Position numbers and translations under genes: made by a program. Below the pieces are notes generated by a model. The model saw only the letters and a list, made by a program, of their open reading frames with translations, was not told the origin of the DNA and ran no database searches. This document shows, in pieces, positions 39,350 through 52,769 of a stretch of 64,000 nt of DNA. How positions within the stretch are numbered: position 1 is the stretch's first letter; the number at the start of each line of letters is the position of its first letter. Source of the stretch: Camelus ferus (taxonomy: Eukaryota); the NCBI RefSeq assembly GCF_009834535.1, contig NC_045697.1, positions 61,382,001 through 61,446,000 on the forward strand, read 5' to 3'.

Positions 39350-39735
39350 CAACTCATGTACTAAAGTCTGACTCCATTCTTGATGTTTGACCTCTGACAG
39401 CTTTCAGGACCACCTCTCCATTATCCCTTCTTGTCCTTACATAAGAAAATCTGGGTTCCTTCCCATGGCACCCAAAGGTAAGATCAAAACATGCAAACTT
39501 TACTCCATATGTGAAAATGTTCCCTCCAGCCCCATTCCTTAACCACAATACCAACCAAAGCCATTACATCTCACATAGCTCAAGCCATTCCAGACAAGCT
39601 TGTGTACCTGTACTGTCCTATTTTGTGCAAAATAAACCTTTTCATATCCTCTTGGTGCTTGTGTGACATCTGTCTTGACATCTGAACCAATTTTTGGGAA
39701 TGGTGCTGTGAGCAGAATGATCAAGGAGATGACCA
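39350..39735 (+). mobile_element. Old ERV1 LTR (MER90/MER110-like)
   Basis: 'aataaaccttttcatatcctcttggtgcttgtgtgacatctgtcttgacatctgaaccaatttttggg' resembles the 3' end of this LTR group. Confidence 0.55.
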
Positions 39736-40685
39736 CTAATGTGTGTAGGACTTCCTTTGACTTGTGAACTGGCTCTGCCGCCTGCCTGGGCACGCCCTGG
39801 GAGTGGCTGCCTACTGGCTAGCCTGGACTTCCAGCTGCACTGCTGCCTGCTGGTGCAAAACTGGGCTTTGTGCCCACTCTTGCATTTTTACCACTCTTAC
39901 CAAGTCTCTGTTTTAGATTTATGAGCCTAAGTTGCAAGTTTTAACAACTGGTGTTTAGAAGCAGAAGTATGGAATTGGGGCCCTTTCTAAAGTAGAGCTG
40001 AGTTATGAGTCTTGGCCTTTACCTTGTGTCTTGGATATCTTGTGTCTTGTGTTGAATTATGTGTTTTTATTCCAGCACAAGCCATGATCAATGTATACTC
40101 AAGAGAATGACCCTTATCCTGTGACTATTGATTATTTGTTTCAATCAGGCATTAATTTCCATTCTACGGAACTCTTGGGTGATAGATTGATCCCCTGTGC
40201 AATATATGAGCCCATCAAATAGTCACTCATGTGGAAGAAGAAGTCCACATTTCCAAAAACAAATTACTTAACTGGGATCCTAGGACGTATTACATATTTT
40301 TACTACTGTTGCTTATGCCTCTGTCACCCAAAAAGATCCCAATTTTTAAAATCACAGGAAAAAATACCGATGGCACAGAATGTTTTAATCCCTGTTCTTG
40401 TTAAAGAATTAGAAGACATCATACCCTAATGGATAATTGTAAAATGAACCAACAAAGGGTCTGGGTTCAACTGAGTATCATGATTTAGCAACATGTCAAG
40501 AGGTTAATTTAAATCTGATTTTAGCATAGGGCACTTCAAACCCAGTAAGACTATAATCATCATGGAAGACCCCCTAACCCTGACAGTATTTATCTGAGAC
40601 ACTTATAAAAAAGTGGGACACATTTAGAAGAAAACATACAAATATGAACAGGATAGAGAGGATCTCCTGAAATATACCTAGTAAC

Positions 40686-40702
40686 CACACACACACACAC
40701 AC
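40686..40702. repeat. (CA)n microsatellite, short
   Basis: About 8 AC units visible directly in the sequence. Confidence 0.9.
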
Positions 40703-41169
40703 AAACCTTGATACCAGGAGAGGAAACAAAAATTGAAAAAGATTTGCTACTTGATCCAATTGGAAATCCAAAATTTACTATACTAAATGAAGGAAAATTC
40801 CGTTGAAGCCACATTTCCAGATTATTAGAGTCTCAAGTCCATGTTATACTGAACCTTATTCTATTAACACATCAGGGATACAGTCTTAGAGATGATGGGC
40901 CTTTAATTTCTACTCTACAGCAAAATGTGGTTGGGTCCATATGCCAGACTTTTATCTACTCTAATCAACTATTTGTGTATATATAAAATTCTTTGATTCT
41001 ATACAGAGTATGCATCCATAAGTTTCCTTTTTTTTTTCATTTCATTCAGTTCAATAGGACTTATATTAAAATTAGCTAAGTACCTTTTTACATTTCAAAT
41101 ACATGAAACATTATGAAACATTAGATAATCTGAGAGACAACTTTAACTCCAGAATTTTTCTAATAAATA

Positions 41170-41631
41170 TATATACACACACATACACAATGGGATACTA
41201 CTCAGCCATAAAAAGAAAGAAATTTTGCCATTTGCAGCAACATGGATGGACTTAGGGTATTATGCTAAGTGAAATAAGTCAAGACAGAGAAAGACAAATA
41301 CTGTGTGATATCACTTATATGCAGAATCTAAAAAGTACAACGAACTAGTGAATATAACAAAAAAGAAGGAGACTCAGATGTAGAGAACAAACTAGTGTTT
41401 ACAAGAGGGGAGAGGGAAGGGAGGAGGGGCAATACTGGGTAAGGGACTAAGAGATACAAACTATTATGTATAAAATAAGCTATAAGTATATATGGTACAA
41501 AATATGGAATACAATCAATATTTTATGATAACTAATGGAATACAACCTTTAAAAACTGTGAATCATTATATTGTACACATGTAACTTATATAATATTGTA
41601 CATCAACTATACAACAGTAAAAAAAAAAAAA
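41170..41631 (+). mobile_element. L1 3' end (ORF2 tail + 3' UTR + polyA), older artiodactyl-type
   Basis: 'caatgggatactactcagccataaaaag...gccatttgcagcaacatggatggac...tacatcaactatac' followed by an A-run. Confidence 0.92.
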
Positions 41632-44082
41632 GATGCATCTGTGACCATCCCATCACTGAGTCTTAGATTCACAATTCATTCACTCATACACATGCTTCAG
41701 TACAAAACCATAATAGCTTTAACAGAGTGGGAGTGGAAAAGAACTTACATTTGCCTGGTATTTCAGAAGAGACGTTCAGGGAGAGTTGCATTTGAGGTAG
41801 ATGAGTTTATCAGGAGGCATTGTTTCTGGAATATTATGTTGCAATGAGAGAGAAGAGTGGAAATTTGACTGTGGTTAGATTTTCAATGAGTATCTGATTT
41901 ATTCTTTAGCATGAATGAATGGGAACTACTGAATAATTTTGAACAAGTAGTAACATAGTTTGATTTGTATATGTGAAAAACTATTTTGGTGGTATGTGTG
42001 AAGAACTAATTAGAAAGCAACAAAGATGTTGTGACAGTTGAGTTAAGCATTCCTGGCATGCTTTATGTGTAGACTTATCTAAGCTTATTTCTGTATATCA
42101 AAGTATTAGAAGAGAACATAGAAGGTGTACTGATAACGTGATACAAAAATTGTAGCATTAAATTAAACAAGGCAAATTAATTACTCAAATTTGGATGTAT
42201 TTGGCTTATCTCTGTCTATAGATTTATGTCTTATATACTAAGCATTCTTTTAGAAAATAACAAGTTTTTAAGCTAATTACCTTTCTTTCCATTTTATGGA
42301 TGGAAAAACTGAGACTGATGAAGTTAAATCATTTAATAACTAACAAAGCTGGGATTTGAATCTAGCTTTATCAAATATGGCTAACATCAAATTCCTTATG
42401 CTTCTCACAGTTCCACTGACTTGAACCACACCCTGTTGCCAGCCAAAGACCACCACACTCAAGAAGTTTTTTGTCTAGAGATGACAGCTTTTAGATCACA
42501 TTCCTAACAGCTTAGCTGACAGATTTGATGGATTGATGGATGTAAGAAAAAGAAAAAAAATAGTAAAAATATAATTACTAGCCATTGTTCAGGCATTCAT
42601 TGACTGTTGTGCATGATTTATTTTCTTTTTGTGGTAAGAACAAGTAAACCCATAGAGATTATAGAAGCAAGGTCTGTTAATATGACTATGCTTGGTTAAA
42701 TGGAATTTGTTTAAAAAGATCAAAAACAACAATTAGGCTGAGAACTCAGAGAAGAAACAATCAAATATACACACATAAAAAGTTTGATTTCATGTTGAAG
42801 TTTGGCAAGTGCTTTGAAATTGAATGCTTTTCACCTACTGCTTCAAATCTCTGCCCTAGAGGCCAAGAGATGACTCTTGGAAATACAATGAAATACCAAT
42901 GTATACCTGTATTCTTTGGTATAGTATGTTTTTGTTTTGAGAATGAGGCAATTCACTGGGAAACTTTCTTTTATAAATTAGGCACTGTAAATTATATCTC
43001 TTCTTATTTGTGTCAGCAGCATGATTTTACCAGTTAGGAAAATGATAAGTGGATTCCTATTGTGTTCAAGAAGAATTCACACTGAGCTACTAAATATTAG
43101 CAGTGTTTAATAACTTATTTTGAGGAGCATTACAACACCTTTAACCCCAAGAATAAAATAAATTATGTTTATTTTGCACAAGAAAGGTATACAGGTAAAA
43201 GAGACGCTTTTCTCCCATACAATAACTAATAGAACTCTTATTTTATGATATATGAACAGGTGACATTTGGGTGCCACAGAAAGGTTTGCCTAACAATATA
43301 TTAGGAATTAATGATCTTTTATAAAGTAAAAAGTTGCCTAGGAAACAGAGGGATGAGATTCATCTCAGGATGCAAATAAGTGTTTCTTTAGCATTTACAG
43401 ACTAATCATGCAAATAACAAATATGTATGGGGTATCTATTACATGAAATATATTAATGATGTTCTATGTTAGTGAAAAGATTTTTTTTAAATGAATAAAT
43501 TAATTTCTCCCAGGAACTTACCTTGTAATTCAAACATGAAAAACGTGTTTCACTCATGCTGTCCCTCATCCTTTCTGGCCCTAGGTAATCATGACTTATC
43601 AAAGACACTCCACCTGAGCCCTGACTAAGCCACCTAAACCATCTCAACACATTAATTCTTCTCGGTCTCAAATGAATCTCTGAGTTGGATTACAAGCTGA
43701 ACTCTGTTAGCCAAACTTGCTGAATATATTGAAGATAAGCAGAAAAGAAAAGGAGACAAATATTTGAGAGATACTTATTCTGTACAACACACAAAGGGTG
43801 GATTTTTAAAAAGATAAAAGAATATATTCTAGATGCAGTTGGGACATGTGTAAACAGAGGCAGGAAAAAATGGCTTAATTCAATATCATCATTTAGCCTG
43901 TCAACAATCAAAGCAAAACAGAAACTAATGAGTTTCCCCTCAAGTTTAAATAAAAACACCATTGTCTAATACTTACTATATATATTACAGTTTACTAACA
44001 GTGCTTTATGGAACATTAGCACTGTGCAACCTCCATAAGAAGAGCTATTAATCAATTAAAGGAACCATGCATATTACTTACT

Positions 44083-44690
44083 TATTCATTCAGCTAATAA
44101 TTACTGAGCACTTATTTTGTGCCAAGTACCTTATCAGGTACTGGAGCTACAACAGTGAAGTAAAGTTAAAATGCCTAATTGGGATATGTTGAAAAATAAA
44201 AAATGAAAAATACACATATATAATATTTCAGATGATGATAAATGTTATTTTTAAAAAGCCAGTGAGAATGAAAGTGAATTTTTTTAACAAAAGACATTTA
44301 GAAAAGATCTTTTTTCAGAAGGAGACTTTTGAGTATAGAGCGAAATGCAGACTTCAAGGGAAAGGGTATACTGGGCAGAGTGTAGAGCAATTGTAAAAGC
44401 TCTGAGTTGAGAGTGTGCTTGGTGTATTCAAGGCACCATAAGGATGCCACTGTGGCTGACACAGAATGAGTGATAAGATTAACAAGGTTGGGTCATGTAG
44501 GAGACTTGAAGTCATTTAGGAACTTTGTCCTTCTGCTAATTGATTTGGGAAGACAATGGAAGGCTTTGAGCAGAGAACAGATGAGATCTGATGTATGTTT
44601 TAAATGGTACAACAGAAGCCACGTGGAGACTATACAATAGAAACAAAAAACATGAAAGGCAGGAAACTACTTTGGAGACTATTTCAATAT
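44083..44690 (-). mobile_element. L2 (L2a-like)
   Basis: 'tattcattcagctaataattactgagcacttattttgtgccaag' and 'ggaaggctttgagcagagaacagatgagatctga'. Confidence 0.85.
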
Positions 44691-44815
44691 TATAAACTCA
44701 TTTGGAAAACAATCAAGGAGCCAAAAATCACTGTACTGATAGAGATATAGCCCTATTAAACATTAACGCATACTATAAAGCCTCTGTAAGGCTGAGAAGG
44801 ATTGGTATGAGCTCT

Positions 44816-47063
44816 CTATTTAAGACAAACCTACAGCCAGCATAATACTCAATGATGAAAAGCTTAAATCCTTTCCTCTAAAATCTACAACAAGACAAGG
44901 ATGCCCACTCTCACCACTTCTATTCAATATAGTATTGGAAGACCTAGCTATAGCCATTAGACAAGAAAAAGAAATAAAAAAGATCCAAATTGGAAGACAA
45001 GACGTAAAATTGTCATTATATGTGGATGACATGATACTACATACAGAAAACCCTAAAGGTTCCACACAAAAACTACTAGAGCTAATAAAAGAAGTTGGCA
45101 AGGTAGCAGGATATAAGATTCACATACAGAAATCAGTGGCGTTTCTTTACACTAACAATGAAATATCAGAAAAGGAAAGAAAAGAAACTATTTTAAAATT
45201 GCATCCAAAAAAATAAAATACTTAGGAATAAATCTGACCAAGGAAATGATAGACTTACATGCAGAGAACTACAAAACACTGACTAAGGTAATTAAAGATG
45301 ACTTAAAGAAATGGAAAGATATCCCATGTTCTGGGATTGGAAAATTAATATTATTAAAATGGCCATACTACCCAAAGCAATCTACAGATTTAATGTGATA
45401 CCTATCAAATTACCCAGGACATTTTTCACAGAATTAGAACAAATATTCCTAAAATATGTATGGAATCACAAAAGACCCAGAATTGCCAAAGCATTACTGA
45501 AGCTGGAGAAACAACCCTCTCGGACTTCAGACAATACTAGAGAGCTATAGTAATCAAAACAGCATGGTATTGGTACAAAAACAGACATATGGATCAATGG
45601 AACAGAATGGAGAGCCCGAAATAAACCCACAAACTTTGGTCAACTAATCTTTGACAAAGGAGGCAAGAACATACAATGGAGTAAAGACAGGCTCTTCAGC
45701 AAATGGTGCTGGGAAAACTGGACAGCTACATATAAACCAATGAAGTTAGAATACTCCCTCACACCATACACAAAACTAAACTCAAAATGATTGAAAGACT
45801 TAAACATAAGATGAGACACTATAAACCTCTTATAAGAAAACATAGGCAAAACATTCTCTGACAAAAATCTCAGCAATGTTCTCCTAGAGCAATCTACCCA
45901 AGCAATAGAAATAAAGGCAAAAATAAACAAATGGGACCTAATTAAACTTATAAGCTTTTGCACAGCAAAGGAAACCATAAGAAAGACAAAAAGACAACCT
46001 ATGGAATGGGAGAAAATATTTGCAAATGATGAGACTGACAAGGGCTTAGTCTCCAGAATATATAAACAGCACATACAACTTAATAAGAAAAAAATGAACA
46101 ACTCAATCCAAAAATGAGTGGAAGACATAAACAAGCAATTCTCCAATGAAGACAAACAAATGGCCAATAGGCACATGAAAAAATTCTCAATATCACTAAT
46201 TATCAGAAAAATGCAAATCAAAACTACAATGAGGTATCATATCTCATACCAGTCAGAATGGCCATAATTCAAAAGTCCACAAATGATAAATGCTGGAGAG
46301 GGTGTGGAGAAAAAGGAACCCTCCCACATTGTTGGTGGGAATGTAGTTTGGTGCAGCCATTATGGAAAACCGTATGGAGATTCCTCAAAAGACTAAAAAC
46401 AGACTTACCATATGATCCAGCAATACCACTCCTGGGCATAGATCCAGAGGGAACCTTAATTCAAAAAGACGAATGTACCCCAATGTTCATAGCAGCACTG
46501 TTTACAGTAGCCAAGATATGGAAACAACCTAAATGTCCATCAACAGATAATTGGATAAAGAAGATGTGGTATATTTATACAATGAAATACTACTCAGACA
46601 TAAAAAAGAATAAAATAATGTCCTCTGCAGCAACATGGATGAACATGGAGACTGTAATTCTAAGTGAAGTAAGCCAGAAAGAGAAAGAAAAGTACCATGC
46701 GATATCACTTATATGTGGAATTAAAAAAAAAAAAAAAAGACAAACTTATTTACAAAGCAGAAACAGACTCACAGACATAGAAAACAAACTTACGGTTACC
46801 AGTGGCAGGGGGAAGAGGGTGGGAAAGGATAAACTGGGAGTTTGAGATTTTCAGATACTAACTAATATACATAAAATAGATAAACAATAAGTTTTTACTG
46901 TATAGCACAGGGAATTATATCAATATCTTGTAATAACTTATGACGAAAAAGAATATGAAAACAAATATATGTATGTTCCTATATGACTGAAGTATTACAC
47001 TGTACACTAGAAATTGATACAACATTATAAACTGACTGACTATATGTCAATAAAAAACAAAAA
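44816..47063 (+). mobile_element. L1 LINE, 5'-truncated (RT core to polyA), frameshifted ORF2
   Basis: ORFs 44935-45216 ([15 protein letters not shown] at 45019-45030), 45311-45550 ([20 protein letters not shown]) and 46258-46845 ([18 protein letters not shown] cysteine-rich domain); AATAAA at 47049 plus A-tail. Confidence 0.98.
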
Positions 47064-47477
47064 GATAGATACAAGAATGAAATAGACTAATAGATTTAAA
47101 GATTCAAATGGCTCTAGGAACAAAATAAGTGCTTAATAAATTTTAAACATTTAAATTTTTTTTCATTTCAGATACCCTGACCTCCAAAGCCCAGCTGCTG
47201 TACAATGTCTGGGCAGCAGGATTATAGACTTAGCAAGGTTGTTTCTCAGCTATCACTAATATGAATACATTCACTAAGACAGTTCAGTAGGTATCCTGAC
47301 ACACTACTGTGTATCACCACTTTGATTACTCAAAATCCCCAGGATTCTGAAAAGTATCAAAGCAACAGACTGGTCTAAATTCATAAGAATCTTTTCTAAG
47401 ACTCAGGGAAAATAAAGACAATTAAGTTCCTTATCCAGGATGCATGGAATAAAATTCTCAGGAATTATATGCCCTAG

Positions 47478-47675
47478 AACAATGATTTATACTTTGAGAT
47501 ACATCAAAATCACCTAAACTGCTTATTAAATACATACATTCTGCTTTTATTTATATTATGTATATCATACCAGAATGTATCCATTCTATTCACTAGATAT
47601 GTGGTGAGTCCCGATATAGGTCTGAGCCAAGCTCACAGATAATCCCAATATAAACCAAAGTTTAAGAATCATTAA
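47478..47675. mobile_element. hAT-Charlie MER5-like DNA transposon
   Basis: 'actttgagatacatcaaaatcacc...gcttattaaatacatacattctg' and 'ccaaagtttaagaatcatt'. Confidence 0.6.
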
Positions 47676-47682
47676 CTTCAAG

Positions 47683-47895
47683 CAAGGGTTGGCAACCTTG
47701 GCCTAAGGGCCAAGTCTGGCTCAGTACCTGATTCTGTCAATAAAGTTTTATTAAAATACACTCACTCATTTACATGTTACCCATGGCTGGTTTTACACTA
47801 CCATGGCAGAAGTTGAGTAGCTGAAACAGAGAACACAGGAGCTGAAAAAGCCTATTTACTCTCTGGCTCTTTACAGAAAAAGTTTGCATCTCTTG
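47683..47895. mobile_element. hAT-Charlie MER58A-like DNA transposon
   Basis: Termini 'caagggttggcaa' / 'tttgcatctcttg'; internal 'aataaagttttatt' and 'tatttactctctggctctttacagaaaaagtttgc'. Confidence 0.85.
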
Positions 47896-50429
47896 GCTTA
47901 GAGGCATGGCATAAAAGTGGACGTATCATATAGAAAAGATTGAATTATCTTTTGCCAGCCCAGACAATAGGAAATGCAACCATTTTCAGAATGTCTAGTT
48001 ATATTAATTTTAAGAAAGCTACACACCATGAAGAGCTTCTTTCAAAAGGAAAGAAATGGAAAGAATCCCTTGCAAACCCATTTCTCCTCATTTTTCAAGG
48101 TAAAAACCAAACAGGAGGTCATAGCTCTATGTTCTTCTCAGCTTTTTTTGTTTTTAATTTCAAGCACACATTAGCTATAAACTTTAAGAACAAATCAGTG
48201 ATAACTGAAATCAAACAGAATGGGAGTTAATGCACATTAGGCTCTAAGATTTTATTTTGACATAAGTTTGATTGAAGCTAGATGTTTGTGGCAAAGTGAA
48301 CTATTTTCAAAAATTATACTAACTGCATCAAAAAATCCAAACTAATTAATTTCAAAATGATTGTTTCTTACGACGTTTCTGGCATTCCCCTTTACTTGGA
48401 TGAATGCAGGAAATAGCTCTGGAAGATAAAATAACGACTCCTGTCCCTCTGTCTGCTCCACACACTTCATGTGAACCTGAACACTGCTTACAAAGTCAGA
48501 ATTCTATGAGAGAAAGTATTGATTTTTATCAACCTGGAAAGTGAAACGAGAGCGAGAATGACATTGCTAGCCATAGGGAGTTTGGTTCAGGTCAACAACC
48601 TCTAAGTTTTATAGGAATTGTTCAGAAATTACAAGTGTTGCACTAAAGGACTCTGACATAGGCTGGAAAACACATTTTGACATTGGGTAGTGTTCAGCCT
48701 CTGTTCTGACATGGTCAGTGAAATCCAGAGCATATTAAGTACACTACAGAGGTTCAAATGAGGCTGCTTTTGGTGGTGGCTTTTGGCCTGGATGAAGTAC
48801 AAATTCTCACGCAGAGTTAATTCCACTGTGGCAAAGTGCTGTGTAAATCAGGCGGTTTGCTGCTGTGGCTGCTGCTCTGTTTCTACTTGCACTTGTCCAT
48901 GTTATTATCAAAGATGTCATTACATTAGGACATGATGTGACAGGTCCCTACAGATGAAAATGTGAACCAGCAGAGCAGGGGAAATGGCTTCATAACCAAC
49001 CTCTTTATGATCTTCTCTCTTTAAATCTTTTGGTTTGTTGTTTTGTTTGAATTAAACCTAATCTTACTGGGGAAATGAGTAAGCTCTGTTTTAGTTTTGA
49101 TTGCTTACATTTTTCTTCTATAATTACAAGTCAGCCTCTACGAGTGGTTACACAGAAGTAAGTAACTATTGAGACATGTTATTTTTACCCTTTTCACTTT
49201 GGCGTTTTTTTTTTCTTTTTATTATGCAGTGCTCTAGCGTTGTTAATATATCTTAAACACTGCCCTTTACAAGCTTATACCAGAGGAAATGGGAGTTAAC
49301 CCCTCAGTCCGGAAAAGCTTTTTACTCTAATGGGCTTGTAGGATTCAGTCAGTGCACTTTTAGTATCTTCTAGTTTGTGTGCTACCATCCCTGCCAACTG
49401 ACAGACTTTCTTACTTAATGAATCCCACTCACTTACCAGACTGTATTGAGTTGGCCAGCTGAGATTTTATATTAATTGATTAATTAACTAAAATGTAGTC
49501 AATAAAGACAAAAACAGTCACTATATTTTGAGTATCTCATTTAAGGGCAGCATTCTCAAATTTCCTAACGAAGAAAGAATTTGAATAAAAGCAAATCATT
49601 ATGTTAATGGATTATGAAACAGGCTGGTTAAATCAAAGAGGTTTCAGAATTGGGATTTGTATTGGAAACTTTGTACCTATCCAGTGAAAGGGTAATGAAA
49701 GTTAATCACGAGAACTGGGATTCAGAATTGCAAATTTTTTATTCTAAGACCACCCTCCCCCAAAGGATGTCAATGTTAAAAATACATTCTGTGAGGGTGA
49801 TTTCAGGGGCTTTGAGGATGCTCTAAAACTTGTCCTGAGGGTAAAATTCTGCACAGTTGCTGACATACATTATAAAATAGATGAAATGTCTCTAGAGTAC
49901 TAACAAGATTTTTGATAGAAAATATTATATAATTGTTTTATAGTTGTTATTTTCCATTATATTTTACTGTATCATTACAATTTGTGGGGAGCAACTAGAA
50001 TATTGCTTCAAGATTTAAAACACAAAAGAGACTTTTTCCCTTTATATAAGGATTTTGGAGACTTCAAAGGAAGTTACCATATGGAAATTCAAGAACAATT
50101 ACTTTTATTCTGATAATGTAATTAGAACCACACTCTCCTAGTTGTACTAAATTGATGATCAATTTTAGACTTAGGGTTTTATTCAAAATCAGTAAAAGTT
50201 TCGCACAAGAAAAGATGGCACACTGAAGTAGATGCATGAATAAATGACAAATAGATTAAAAGTAGAAGCATAAAATATGTCAAGTGGAAAGAAAACTCAG
50301 CAAATATATTAATTGTTTGGCTTACTTATTGTGAGAATAAAGGCTTTTTTCAGATGAAGTCATTCAAAGGTAAGCCATTTATTATCATTTTCATTATGAA
50401 AAGCATTTAGTGATTCTGAGACACTCATT

Positions 50430-52765
50430 AATTGACTCATTTATTCACTGAACAAATATTAACAGAAATCCTACTTGTGCCAGACACCATGGTACATGCT
50501 GAGGATATAAAGATTAAAGCAACAAAGTTGCTTTCCCAAAGAGCCCATATTCCAGCCTGGAAGACAGACATGCAAATAAACAATCTAATTTACTCAAAAG
50601 AGATGAGAAAAGACAAGTTCTACATATACAGAGGATCCTTGTGGGCAAAGTTGATTTACTCAGGATGAGACAGGTCAGGGATGGGAGGGTTCCAACAAGA
50701 CTTCACAGAGGAGTGCCTGCTGAGAAAAACAGACTGATATTTTCATCCACTTGCTGAAATCTAAGCCTAGTCTATCTAATTGACAGGCCCCCAATACTGA
50801 ATATATTAAATGTGCCTTGTTGCCAATAAAAATAATTTGGTGGAAAGCTGAAAACTGAAGTATGAATATGACTTGTTTTTGTTGTTTCCTAATAGTTTCA
50901 TTTTTCACTGTTAAATATCTCATGAAATGTCAGCCTTTTGCAACATTAATTTCAGTTCAAAAAGTATAGTTGAGAGTCTGTTATACATAAAGCATGGAGC
51001 TGAGCACTGGTGTCATTGTAAAAGTAAATTAGCCATTCATGAGCTTAGTCAACCTGTTTATTATTGAATGTGTTCCAAGTGCCAGGCATTGTGCAAAGCA
51101 TAACGGGTAAAAGAAAAAGGAAAGTAAACACAATCCTTGCCAGCAGAGTTAAATTCCCCTGCAGAAATGTAGGCATTAATCAAATAATCAAAAAAAAATG
51201 TATAATTATAAACTAATATGAAGAAATAGTAAAAGGGATATCTAGGGAGTATAACAGAGAGTTAATCTAATTTTAGGATCAGGGAAGCTTTCCTGGATAA
51301 AATGGTATTTCAAGTGAGAGCAGGAGGATGAGTTCAAGTTAAATAAGGAGAAGGAATGCGAGTGTCAGGGTTTGAGGAGAGAGTGCAAGAGGCCATTCTG
51401 AACACAAGAACAGTGTCTGCAAAGGCCTCAAGAAAAGAGATCACATATTGGATTACTCAGAGCCTTCTAGATTATTTTAAGGATTTCAGTATCTATTCTT
51501 GGAAAAATATGAAGCTATTGAGGAGTTGGAGAAAGAAAATATAGCCCCTGTCTCATAGAACTTAGAATATGGCAGGAAGAACTTCACAGACACTAAAATT
51601 CAATTGGTGGTATGAAGAGGTTTTTCACTGTGGGATAAGGGAACAGGAAAGGGGAAACTTAACTTGTCAACCTAAAATTCTCAGGAGATAATGATAAATC
51701 AGTATTTATTAGGGATCAAAGAATTGTAATTTGGGGTACACAGATTTGGGTGGCAACCCAAATAGTGTCCCATTTGAGGGAAAATTCAGGGATTTTTCAA
51801 CACAAAAAGGAAAACTTATATGAGTTGTTTACAAAGCATTTTGATTGGTTTTGGTGACAGAAAGCTAGTCTTGGCTAAGCATGATTGGTTGCTAAGTCTA
51901 TCAATAAGCAAAAGTTTGTTACTAGAGCAAATTGCAGGTGTCCTTGCAGAGTTCTTGGAATATTTGGAGTTTGGCCCAGTTCAACAGTTCATGGTTCTAC
52001 TCAGTGAAGACATGCATAAAGCCCACCTCCCTAATGGCCTCCTCTGTTTTAAAACCCCGTGACACAAGTGACTCCATTGTATTTCACCTTTCACAAGCTC
52101 AACCTGAGGAGCCAAAAGCCTCTCTGAGGAATAAAATGCCTGAATTGAGTCTCAAAGAAGGAGTAAAAATTATCACGAGAGAAGAAGTTAGACAGGTATT
52201 CCAGGCAAAGGAACAATCTGTATAAAGAAATGAAAATGTGAAATAAATGATATAAATGGAATACAGACATTTTTTTCATTACCAGGGACTAAAAGGCAAG
52301 ATGGAGTTGAAAGACGAGACTTTAACGTATGGGGCCATAAAACCACGACAGGGCTAGAAATTCATTCTAAAGGCAAGTGGTTAATAGGTGTTCAGCAGGT
52401 GATTGTAATGATTCACATCCTATATAGGTTATTCTGAATTGAGTGGGGAGGATAGATTTAAGATGGCCAAGAATGAATGCATGGAGATTATTTAGGATAC
52501 CATTCTAACAGCACAGGAGTGAGAAGATGAAAGTCTTAAGTAGAATGGTAATAGTGGGAGAGGGGAAGTACAGAAAGATTTGAGGCATAACTGGGAGGTA
52601 AATTTGGCAGGAATTAGTCATTAACTGGATATGGTGCTGAAGGAAACAGAGAAATCTATGAAAACTTAGACAGTTTATTGCTTGGCTACCTGAGTGTACA
52701 GCAGATTCACTTAGTGACATGAATAACACAGAATCAGATTTTTGGATAAAATATAATGAGCTCAG
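50430..52765 (-). mobile_element. Cluster of L2 fragments, interrupted by an LTR
   Basis: 'ctcatttattcactgaacaaatatt...cctacttgtgccagacacc', 'tgccaggcattgtgcaaagca', 'tcagggaagctttcctgga', 'gatttgaggcataactgggaggtaaatttggcagga'. Confidence 0.7.
51665..52095 (-). mobile_element. ERV1-type solo LTR
   Basis: On the - strand begins TGTGAAAGGTG and ends AGGTTGACA, with AATAAA near the 3' end ('tttatt' at about 51705); 4-bp flanks aact / agct. Confidence 0.8.
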
Positions 52766-52769
52766 TGAT

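Noticed and set aside
44935..46845. Longest ORFs (193 and 195 aa) as host genes
   Set aside because: They are sense and antisense frames of a frameshifted L1 ORF2.
47172..47237. Exon after the strong acceptor 'tttcatttcag'
   Set aside because: Only weak donors follow (gttgtt, gtatcc) and the peptide is unrecognised.
48828..48862. miR-93-like CAAAGTGCTGT in a small hairpin
   Set aside because: Only 11 nt match, and the stem is too short; a mature miRNA would span the loop.
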